A stretch of 36,189 nt of DNA from Anaerolineaceae bacterium (lineage in GTDB: Bacteria > Chloroflexota > Anaerolineae > Anaerolineales > Anaerolineaceae). Positions 1 through 7,231 of the stretch are shown here, one piece after another (position 1 is the first letter of the stretch; the number at the start of each line of letters is the position of its first letter). The stretch is from contig JBBAES010000001.1 in the NCBI GenBank assembly GCA_041655815.1, forward strand, positions 1 through 36,189, given 5' to 3'. The notes under the pieces were generated by a model. The model saw nothing but the letters and a program-made list of their open reading frames with translations. It was not told the origin of the DNA and made no database searches. The translations under genes were made by a program, and so were the position numbers.

Positions 1-771
1 GAGTTCATTTGCGATTCGGGCGATCCGTTCCACAAATTCCGCATTCGAGATGGCGTTGCGCTCGCGGTTGTATTTCAGGTTGTCTTCAAACCCTACGCGG
101 ACGTGACCGCCTAAAAGCATGCCCATCACGTTCATATCCAGTTGACAGCGACCAATTCCAGTCACAGTAAAGGTTGCGTCTGCTGGTATGGATTCCTTCA
201 GAAACAGAAGATCGCGGGGCGTACCCGTCGCGCCACCATTTACGCCCAATACAAAGTTAAAATGCAGGGGGGGTTTGATGTGACCCTTGCGGACAAGCCG
301 CAAGGCCATGTCGATGTGACTTTTGTCAAAGCATTCCAACTCTGGTTTAATACCGCGCTGGTTCATTCGGGCGGCAAAGTCGATAATCATGTTTTCGGTG
401 TTCACGAAAATTTCGTCACCACCAAAGTTCATTGTTCCACAGTCCAGGCTGGCCATTTCAGGATTCAACTCTGTCGGTTGCAAGCGCTCTTCAGCAGTCA
501 TGCCGGTTGCTCCGCCTGTGGAAGGCTGAATGATTACCTGCGGGCAGGCTTGCTGGATGGCATCGATGATTACTCTGAAGCGTTCGCGATCCTGGGTGGG
601 TGTGCCGTCGTCGTGGCGCGCGTGGAGGTGAATAATTGCGGCGCCTGCTTCACAGGCAAGTTTGGCTTCACGCACATACTCTTCGATCGTATAGGGGACA
701 GCGGGGTTCATTTCCTGGGTAACTTCAGCGCCGCTGATGGCTGCGGTGATGATAACCTTGTGTTTACTCAT
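1..771 (-). CDS. kce: 3-keto-5-aminohexanoate cleavage enzyme (BKACE/DUF849 family); C-terminus runs off the window
   Basis: Absent from the ORF track because it is open at the window edge. Reverse-strand translation from ATG (771..769) reads MSKHKVIITAAISGAEVTQEMNPAVPYTIEEYVREAKLACEAGAAIIHLHARHDDGTPTQDRERF...IQPSTGG...MLLGGHVRVGFEDNLKYNRERNAISNAEFVERIARIANEL and stays open to base 1 (257 codons). This is the BKACE TIM-barrel pattern (HLHxR, STGG, GGHVRVGxED). A GGAGAG RBS lies upstream. The gene starts 30 nt after kal. Confidence 0.85.
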   Translation of the reverse strand, partial: MSKHKVIITAAISGAEVTQEMNPAVPYTIEEYVREAKLACEAGAAIIHLHARHDDGTPTQDRERFRVIIDAIQQACPQVIIQPSTGGATGMTAEERLQPTELNPEMASLDCGTMNFGGDEIFVNTENMIIDFAARMNQRGIKPELECFDKSHIDMALRLVRKGHIKPPLHFNFVLGVNGGATGTPRDLLFLKESIPADATFTVTGIGRCQLDMNVMGMLLGGHVRVGFEDNLKYNRERNAISNAEFVERIARIANEL

Positions 772-801
772 AACTCTCTCCTTATAGATTTTTCGCCTGA
801 T

Positions 802-1188
802 TTAACCAAGGCGTTGTTTGTTTTTAGGGGTGATGCAGGTGCCGCTCGCACGGCAAACCAGCACAGGTTCCGCCAACACTTCTGCTGCAGAATCGGAAAT
901 ATCAGCTCTGGGGCTGATTACCTTCCAGGCCTCGAAAGCCATCTTGCGGGAGGTGTTGCCTTCGCTTGTGATCCAACCCTTGGCTTCAATAAAATCGCCA
1001 GCATAGACAGGCGCGAGGAATTCGATGTTATCGTAAGCTCTGAAGAGCCCTTCATCACCGTCACGGCGGATCAGCAATTCCGTGGCAACATCACCGAACA
1101 GTTTTGTCAGAAAGGCCCCATCAACAAGACCTCCACCATAATGGGCGTTTTCTGCACCGATTCTCAAACGTATTACTACCTCAGTCAT
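802..1188 (-). CDS. kal: 3-aminobutyryl-CoA ammonia-lyase (hotdog fold), lysine fermentation pathway
   Basis: 128-aa [86 protein letters not shown]... matches the small hotdog protein family I recognise as Kal. AAGGAG RBS 5 nt before the ATG at 1188. kce lies directly downstream and a lysine riboswitch upstream. Confidence 0.8.
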
Positions 1189-1205
1189 TTTATCTCCTTT
1201 AGATT

Positions 1206-1241
1206 AAAAAAAACGCTATATGTTGTTATGAACACATAGCG
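1206..1241 (-). terminator. Intrinsic terminator forming the expression platform of the lysine riboswitch
   Basis: Minus strand reads CGCUAUGUGUU-CAUAAC-AACAUAUAGCG: an 11-bp stem with one G.U pair and a 6-nt loop, followed by U8 (1213..1206). It ends 17 nt before the kal ATG. The 5' arm overlaps the aptamer 3' end. Confidence 0.75.
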
Positions 1242-1397
1242 CTCCATGCAAGTGCATGACAGTATCCTAACTTGGTTAGGCATACCAAGGTTAGGAAGAG
1301 GACCCTTCCTTTACCCTTCGGCAACGGATAATTCGTTTCTTCTCCCAGTCCTGGGAACTTACGAGGTCTCTACGCAATCCGCCGCGCCTCTATCAAT
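1234..1397 (-). promoter_or_regulatory. Lysine riboswitch (L-box) aptamer
   Basis: The minus-strand RNA is GAUAGAGGCGCGGC...CUGGGAGAAG...GUUGCCGAAGGG...GGAAG/CUUCC hairpin...CCUAAC-CUUGG/CCAAG-UUAGG hairpin...AUACUGUCAUGCACUUGCAUGGAGCGCUAU. It carries, in order, the conserved L-box blocks known from B. subtilis lysC and T. maritima: AGAGGCGC, GGGAG, GCCGAAG, ACUGUCA and GGAGCGCUAU. A five-helix layout can be drawn. It lies about 45 nt upstream of kal. Confidence 0.85.
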
Positions 1398-1436
1398 ACT
1401 ATTTGGTTATGTCAGGTTAGCGTTCCTGATATTACG

Positions 1437-1465
1437 ATTATAACTTGAGCGATAATTTTGCGAAA
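1437..1465 (-). promoter_or_regulatory. Candidate sigma-70 promoter for the riboswitch-kal-kce transcript
   Basis: Minus strand TTTCGC (1465..1460), 17-nt spacer, TATAAT (1442..1437). This places the start about 30-35 nt before the aptamer. Consensus match only. Confidence 0.4.
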
Positions 1466-1571
1466 GGGGGCAAAAACCGAATAAGACTCCAATATTCAAT
1501 TTATAGGTTGTACATAGCTGATACAAGCTGAATGCAGTTTCGGCTGAAAAATAATGAGTGGGGCAGGTAGT

Positions 1572-1580
1572 TGGTATAAT
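1572..1580 (+). promoter_or_regulatory. Candidate extended -10 element (TGGTATAAT) for the 1611 ORF
   Basis: TGGTATAAT lies 30 nt upstream of the ATG at 1611. No good -35. The same TTGGTATAAT string recurs before ftsH. Confidence 0.3.
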
Positions 1581-1610
1581 TGCCCAAGACTATGAAACAA
1601 GGAATTAATA

Positions 1611-2030
1611 ATGGCGATTAAAAAAAGCGAGAGCGGCACAACTTACCGAAACCGGTTGAGCAAATCGATCGTTTTAGCTATCCGTAAATTGATGCAAAAG
1701 GGGCAGCCGGACCGTGAGAGCCTTGATATGGCCGCGTACGTCGCGCTGGCTTTAGAAAAGATCGAAGAATCGGTGGATTCCAGCGCGATTGCCTGGGAGA
1801 AACGCGATTATTGGCTCAAAGCAGACCGTTTCCGGATGAAGTGGGGTTGGATGGAGATCTGCCGTCAGACACTGCAGAAGGCAGTATTGGCGCAGGATTG
1901 GGAAAAAATTGCCACAGAATTGATTCAGGTGGCTCAACACCTGAACGAGGTTGAAGTTTCAGAGCGAAACCGCCTGGGTGAGCCCTGGGTGGGTGCCTAT
2001 GAAGTTTTGGAGAACAGACCAAAGCAGTAG
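1611..2030 (+). CDS. Hypothetical 139-aa protein, predicted helical, no family recognised
   Basis: Only sizeable ORF in this interval. ATG with AAGGA about 10 nt upstream. Divergent from the kal promoter. MAIKKSESGTTYRNRLSKSIVLAIRKLMQKGQPDRESLDMAAYVALALEKIEE... Confidence 0.6.
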   Translation: MAIKKSESGTTYRNRLSKSIVLAIRKLMQKGQPDRESLDMAAYVALALEKIEESVDSSAIAWEKRDYWLKADRFRMKWGWMEICRQTLQKAVLAQDWEKIATELIQVAQHLNEVEVSERNRLGEPWVGAYEVLENRPKQ

Positions 2031-2624
2031 AGGGCTGGAATAACTAACGGGAAGAATTGCAAACAACGCATTGGTTACAACTTTATTCAGATTCATCCTG
2101 AATAATGGGTCATCAATCCAAGAGGGAAGAAACAGATTTTTACATTTTAGCTTTAGATTATGATAAGTATCATTATCGTAAGCATAATTTAGGGAGTAAA
2201 AGGATCGGCTGTTTGAACGAAAATGCCTCCCCCAGCGTTTTATTGCTTTTCTGAGAGGTGTTGAAAAACTTTCGTGCGAAGGTAGAGAATATTATGTAAC
2301 GTCGTCGCGTGTGACTTCCAATGCCAGGATCAGTAATCTGGATTAGACGAGCTTATCAGGTTTTAGAAGGCCAATCCTCAACACACTGAGAGAGAAAACC
2401 ATGTGAAAGGATGTTTACTAACTCAGTCGTCATCAATCATATGGATTAAAGTCCATTATTTTATTAGTGCGAAGTAATTAATTTTGCCTTCTACGCAAAT
2501 TACGATTACCCTATCCCCCACTCAAAAAAGGTGTATTTGAGTATAATATGGTTACGATAAATTATATGAAAAGTTACGCCATGAACAATACTACGCGCAA
2601 TAAGTACATAAATAAGGCCTTATT

Positions 2625-3608
2625 ATGAATATTAATGATATCATTCACCGTTATCTAAACTCAGTCAAACTCTCACGTAGTGCCAATACCTATCGTACCT
2701 ATTCCAATGCTATGAGATTGTTTTCCGAAGTCCTGGTCAGCAACGGTTTGAAGATTGAAGAAGAAAATATCAGGGTTTTGAGTGAGGATGCCATCATCTG
2801 GATGGCTACCGCTTTGAAAAACTTCTCTTCAGCCACAGAGCAAGTCTACATGACCGCAACGGTTGGTCTGTATGAATACATCGCTGGAGAAAATCTGGCT
2901 CAAATCAACCTTCCGCGCGTTCGGCTTTTGATCAAACAGCGCACCCGCAGGTCTGGTGTGCGCCTGCCTCAATTTCCCAAGTCTGATATCGAGAAAGTCA
3001 TCATTCACGCAGAAAATCTGAACCAAAAGCCAACCGAAAGCAACGTTGAACGTCTGCTTAATCTGCGAGACCGCGCTTTTTTGATCACCCTGGCAGATAC
3101 GGGTCTGCGGGTGCACGAAGCTTGTAATTTGCGTCGTGGAGACATCGACTGGCACGAGAGCCGTGCTGTAATTATTGGTAAAGGCAACAAAGAAGCTGTT
3201 TTGCGCTTTTCCAAACGCAGTCTGAAAGCACTGCGCGATTATCTGCAAGCCCGTGCGGAACTGGATGGCCTGGGAGGCAAAGCGCTCAAATCATTGCCAA
3301 TATTTGCCAGACACGATCGCGCTGTTGGCAATAAAATCAAACCTATATCGACCACCACCGGACGCGCCATCGTAAATAGCCGGGTAAAAGAGTGTCTGGG
3401 AGTAGATGCTGTTGGCACCATAACGCCTCATTCCTTCAGGCACTATTTTGTCACAACAGTCCTGGGCAGCACCGGTAATCTCAAATTAGCCCAGGTTTTG
3501 GCACGTCACACCAATATCGCTGTAACCCAACGCTATTCACACCTTGCTGATGACGAACTTGATAAAAAGTACCAGGAAATATTCGACGACGCGCCATCCA
3601 GAGATTGA
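2625..3608 (+). CDS. Tyrosine site-specific recombinase (XerC/XerD / phage-integrase family)
   Basis: 327 aa. N-terminal SAM-like core-binding region (YLNSVKLSRSANTYRTYSNAMRLF). Catalytic signature R (ADTGLRVHEA), HxxR (PHSFRHYF) and H...Y (ARHTNIAVTQRYSHL). Confidence 0.9.
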   Translation: MNINDIIHRYLNSVKLSRSANTYRTYSNAMRLFSEVLVSNGLKIEEENIRVLSEDAIIWMATALKNFSSATEQVYMTATVGLYEYIAGENLAQINLPRVRLLIKQRTRRSGVRLPQFPKSDIEKVIIHAENLNQKPTESNVERLLNLRDRAFLITLADTGLRVHEACNLRRGDIDWHESRAVIIGKGNKEAVLRFSKRSLKALRDYLQARAELDGLGGKALKSLPIFARHDRAVGNKIKPISTTTGRAIVNSRVKECLGVDAVGTITPHSFRHYFVTTVLGSTGNLKLAQVLARHTNIAVTQRYSHLADDELDKKYQEIFDDAPSRD

Positions 3609-3742
3609 CCTGAACACAATAGCCAAGCTAAGGTAGTTTTTCTGGCGATAGTTATGGAACAGAGCATTGTTGAGAATTAACCCCATCTGGATTTGCTGGT
3701 GGTAATATTAACTACTAAACTGGTTGTTCATTTGAGGAGTTT

Positions 3743-5863
3743 ATGATCGATTATCGAATCAAGTCTCACCCTATCCTGATCGATGAAAGCGAAGCAACAA
3801 CACCTTTCTACTGGCAAGAAAAACTTTTTTATGCAAAACCAAATGAGATGATCTCTTCTGCCCTGATGGCTCAGAGTATCCAGGTTTTCCGACATCATGT
3901 TAAGGACCACAGCCCCCAGGGCATATTTTGTGCTAACGGGCAATGTTCACAGTGCATGGTGATCGCTAACGGTTTGCCGGTCAAAGCCTGCATGACCCCG
4001 GTAACCCCAGGAATGAAGGTTGAGCCAGCGGACGGGCTACCTGGTTTACCAGAAAGCTTCGCCCCAATCCCCGAGAAAGACCAGTTCCCCCGCTATTACG
4101 AATGTGAAGTCCTGATTATCGGTGCCGGCCCGGCTGGCTTATCCGCGGCAATCGAGCTCGGCCAACTGGGTGTGGGTGTCATCCTGGTCGATGACAAAAA
4201 CCAATTGGGCGGAAAATTGGTATTGCAGACTCACCGCTTTTTCGGTTCTTCAAACGCCGTGCATGCCGGTACCAGGGGTATCGACATTGCCAAAATCCTG
4301 GCCGAACAGGCTCAGACATTACCCACTGTTGAAATCTGGACAAATTCCACCGCGATAGGTGTTTTTGAAGACCACCAGGTTGCTATTTATCGTGAGCAAA
4401 AAGAAAATGTCCATGTCAAACCAGGCGCACTCCTGGTTGCTACCGGAGCCAGAGAACGCAGCCTGTCGTTTTCTGGCAATACCCTGCCTGGAGTCTATGG
4501 CGCCGGGGCCTTTCAAACCCTGGTAAATCGGGATTTGGTCAGACCCTGCAATAACCTGTTTATCATCGGCGGAGGAAATGTCGGTTTGATCGCGGGTTAC
4601 CACGCCATCCAGGCGAACATTCACGTGGCCGGCCTGGTGGAAGCCGCGGCAGAGTGCGGTGGCTATAAAGTCCATAAAGATAAACTGACTCGTTCTGGTG
4701 TTCCCATTTTCACCTCCCACACGGTAATAGAAGCCAGGGGACATGACAAGGTCGAGTCAGTGGTTATCGCCCAAGTCGACAGAAATTTTCAGCCCATTCG
4801 GGGTACTGAAAAAGTTTACGATTGCGACACCCTCTTGATCGCAGTTGGACTGGAACCGGTGAATGAGTTCATCAATATGGCCAAAGCGGTAGGCATGAAG
4901 GTCTTCGCAGCCGGAGATGCCAATGAGATCGCGGAAGCCTCTGCAGCCATCTTCTCGGGAAAAATTGTTGGAAACGAAATCGCACAGAGCTTAGGAAAAG
5001 ACATATCCGAGATCCCCGCCAGTTGGTTTGAGACGGAACAAATTCTTAAGTCGAAACCTGGGATAACCGTGGCGGAAAAATATATTGATCAACTTGACGG
5101 GGTCTTCCCCGTATTTCATTGCACACAGGAAATCCCCTGTAACCCGTGTTCTACGGTCTGCCCAAGGGATCTCATCTTCATTGACGAGGCTGACATCCGC
5201 CACCTGCCCCATTTCGATGAGGACCGAGCTGGAGAATGTATTGCCTGCGGGCGTTGCCTGGCCGTTTGTCCGGGGTTAGCAATCAGTCTGGTCGATTTCC
5301 GCAAGCACAGTCAAACTGCCCTGGTCAGCCTTCCGGTCGAGCAGGAAATCGCCGAGATTGCCATCGGAAACCAGATAGAAGTAACCGACACCGACGGACG
5401 GTCGCTTGGCGAGTTCAAAATCGAGAGGATAAAAACAGTCCCAGGATTTAAAAACGGAACACGCTTGCTCAGTGTCGAAGTACCAATACAAATCTCAAAA
5501 AGTGTGGCTGGTTTTCGCATTATCCCAACCAGCCAGTCAAAGCCATTTGAATCTGAGTCAGAAATGCTCCAAAATCTGGATGATGACGCCTACATTTGCC
5601 GCTGTGAACGAATCACCGCCGGCGAAATCAGAAAGCTGATCAAAGCCGGCATCAGGGACATCAACCAGATTAAGGCAATCACTCACGCCAGCATGGGCTC
5701 CTGTGGGGGCAAAACCTGCCTGAACCTGATCAGACGCATGTTTGCGGCTGAGGGCGTGCCCCCGTCTGAAGTAACTGACCCTCCGGTCCGCCCGGCATTT
5801 GTTGAAGTGCCAGTTAAAGATTTTATAGAGAATTCGCACGGAGGCATGGACAACATCCGATGA
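3743..5863 (+). CDS. Multi-domain FAD/NAD(P) oxidoreductase: N-terminal 2Fe-2S (HcnA/SoxA-N-like), pyridine-nucleotide-disulfide oxidoreductase core, 2x[4Fe-4S] ferredoxin-like motifs, C-terminal BFD-like [2Fe-2S] domain
   Basis: - GAGGAG RBS.
- N-terminal 2Fe-2S motif: FCANGQCSQCMVIANGLPVKAC.
- Two Rossmann motifs: VLIIGAGPAGLSAA and LFIIGGGNVGLIAG.
- Ferredoxin-like motifs: CNPCSTVCP and CIACGRCLAVCP.
- BFD-like motif: YICRCERITAGEI...SCGGKTC.

The architecture resembles fused HcnA+HcnB, OoxA or the archaeal proline dehydrogenase alpha subunit. Confidence 0.8.
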   Translation: MIDYRIKSHPILIDESEATTPFYWQEKLFYAKPNEMISSALMAQSIQVFRHHVKDHSPQGIFCANGQCSQCMVIANGLPVKACMTPVTPGMKVEPADGLPGLPESFAPIPEKDQFPRYYECEVLIIGAGPAGLSAAIELGQLGVGVILVDDKNQLGGKLVLQTHRFFGSSNAVHAGTRGIDIAKILAEQAQTLPTVEIWTNSTAIGVFEDHQVAIYREQKENVHVKPGALLVATGARERSLSFSGNTLPGVYGAGAFQTLVNRDLVRPCNNLFIIGGGNVGLIAGYHAIQANIHVAGLVEAAAECGGYKVHKDKLTRSGVPIFTSHTVIEARGHDKVESVVIAQVDRNFQPIRGTEKVYDCDTLLIAVGLEPVNEFINMAKAVGMKVFAAGDANEIAEASAAIFSGKIVGNEIAQSLGKDISEIPASWFETEQILKSKPGITVAEKYIDQLDGVFPVFHCTQEIPCNPCSTVCPRDLIFIDEADIRHLPHFDEDRAGECIACGRCLAVCPGLAISLVDFRKHSQTALVSLPVEQEIAEIAIGNQIEVTDTDGRSLGEFKIERIKTVPGFKNGTRLLSVEVPIQISKSVAGFRIIPTSQSKPFESESEMLQNLDDDAYICRCERITAGEIRKLIKAGIRDINQIKAITHASMGSCGGKTCLNLIRRMFAAEGVPPSEVTDPPVRPAFVEVPVKDFIENSHGGMDNIR

Positions 5864-7020
5864 GCCTGAATAAAACTTATGATGTAATTATTGCTGGAGC
5901 TGGTTCGATCGGCACGCCAACCGCGTTCTACCTTGCGCAGGCTGGTCTTAAAGTGTTGGTTTTGGAAGCGATGGCCAGCCCCGGTCAGGCTTCAAACAAG
6001 CACGCTATTGGCGGTATTCGCGCAACCCATTCCGATCCTTCAAAGATTTATTTATGCTCAAATTCGATTGAAATCTTTTCCTCCTGGAAAGAAACCTACG
6101 GCGATGATATCGACTGGCGTGCAGGTGGCTATAATTTTGTAGCCTACGAGCCTGAGATAGAAACTACTCTCAAGAGCTTATTAGAATTGCAACGATCGCT
6201 TGGTTTGAATATCGATTGGATAGAAAGAGATCAAAACCTCGAAATCGCACCCCATCTCAACCCGCAAGGACTGCTGGGCGGAACTTTTTCACCAGGTGAC
6301 GGCAGCGCCTCGCCTTTAAAGGCGGCCTTCGCTTTCTGGCAGCGGGCTCAACTTGAAGGAGCTGAATTTCACTTCAACGAGGCTGTGACTGAAATCCTCG
6401 TCGGAGGCAACTGTATCCAAAGAGTTCGAACCAATCAGGGTGCTTACGCCTGTAAGACCTTCATCAACGCGGCCGGGGGTTGGTCCCGAGAGATCTCACA
6501 AATGGTTGGCGTCGACCTTCCAATTGAGCCTGACGCACACGAGGCAGGCATAACCGAACCGGTTCAACCCATGTTTGCTGCCATGGTTGTTGATATTCGC
6601 CATTGCCCGGGGTCAAGCAATTTCTATTTCTACCAGCATCCTACCGGAAAAATCATTTTCTGCCTGACCCCTGCCCCACAGATCTGGGGGAACCTGACTC
6701 AAAACACCAGTTCCTTCCTGCCACAGTCATGCAGGCGGTTGGTAGATCTGATGCCGATTTTGGGTAACATCCGTGTACGCCGAACCTGGCGGGGCACCTA
6801 CCCCATGACGCCGGATGGGAACCCAATCGTTAGTCCTGTAGAGGGACTTGACGGCTATCTGATCGCGGCAGGTACATGTGGGCAAGGATTTATGCTTGGA
6901 CCTGGCGTTGGCAAATTGCTCACTAATACCGTGACCGGAAATCTAACCCAAATCGAAAGCGACTGCCTGTACAATCTGCGTTATAACCGTGGTTTCGAGA
7001 GCAAGGAAATGCTCAAATAA
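5860..7020 (+). CDS. FAD-dependent oxidoreductase, DAO family (sarcosine oxidase beta / HcnC / OoxB / proline dehydrogenase beta-like)
   Basis: YDVIIAGAGSIGTPTAFYLAQAGLKVLVLE dinucleotide-binding motif. C-terminal GYLIAAGTCGQGFMLGPGVG. The ATGA overlap with the upstream gene (5860..5863) implies translational coupling. Confidence 0.85.
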   Translation: MSLNKTYDVIIAGAGSIGTPTAFYLAQAGLKVLVLEAMASPGQASNKHAIGGIRATHSDPSKIYLCSNSIEIFSSWKETYGDDIDWRAGGYNFVAYEPEIETTLKSLLELQRSLGLNIDWIERDQNLEIAPHLNPQGLLGGTFSPGDGSASPLKAAFAFWQRAQLEGAEFHFNEAVTEILVGGNCIQRVRTNQGAYACKTFINAAGGWSREISQMVGVDLPIEPDAHEAGITEPVQPMFAAMVVDIRHCPGSSNFYFYQHPTGKIIFCLTPAPQIWGNLTQNTSSFLPQSCRRLVDLMPILGNIRVRRTWRGTYPMTPDGNPIVSPVEGLDGYLIAAGTCGQGFMLGPGVGKLLTNTVTGNLTQIESDCLYNLRYNRGFESKEMLK

Positions 7021-7231
7021 ACCCAAGGGAGCCGGACTCAAACCGGGAAGAACACTTGTATTGAACAACAGCTGATGACTCTTTTCTGTATTAGAGCCAG
7101 CTAACTGTTTTATGAAAAGTTATCAAGGATTGTGTACATTCCACGACGGGGGCGGGGTGCAACAAGGTCTCATTAGTACAGAACTGCCGTGAATTAAACC
7201 TCCGGTTTTGGCTTACAATTAGCACATCATT

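Noticed and set aside
142-1239. The longest ORF at the left end (365 aa, plus strand).
   Set aside because: It runs antisense across kce, the kce-kal spacer and kal. It has no recognisable motifs and a low-complexity, Cys/Gly/Ala-rich composition. Both minus-strand genes have strong family signatures and RBSs.
1246-1443. 65-aa plus-strand ORF.
   Set aside because: It lies antisense to the lysine riboswitch aptamer. The conserved L-box blocks on the minus strand explain this sequence.
2109-2440. 10-nt direct repeat GTCATCAATC (2109 and 2429) and recurring TTACGAT / ATTACGATTA strings (1431, 2499, 2552) as possible att or repeat sites.
   Set aside because: They are too short. Matches of this length are expected by chance in a 36-kb window, and they do not flank anything coherent.
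2548-2628. 26-codon uORF ending in an ATGA overlap with the recombinase start codon.
   Set aside because: It has no RBS, its ATG abuts the only TATAAT box, and it is AT-rich and very short. It cannot be supported from sequence alone.
3609-3742. Looked for a glycine or other riboswitch in front of the sarcosine-oxidase-like genes.
   Set aside because: No conserved glycine-riboswitch blocks are present. I found only a possible promoter (TTGCTG-17-TAAACT, 3693..3721) and a GAGGAG RBS.
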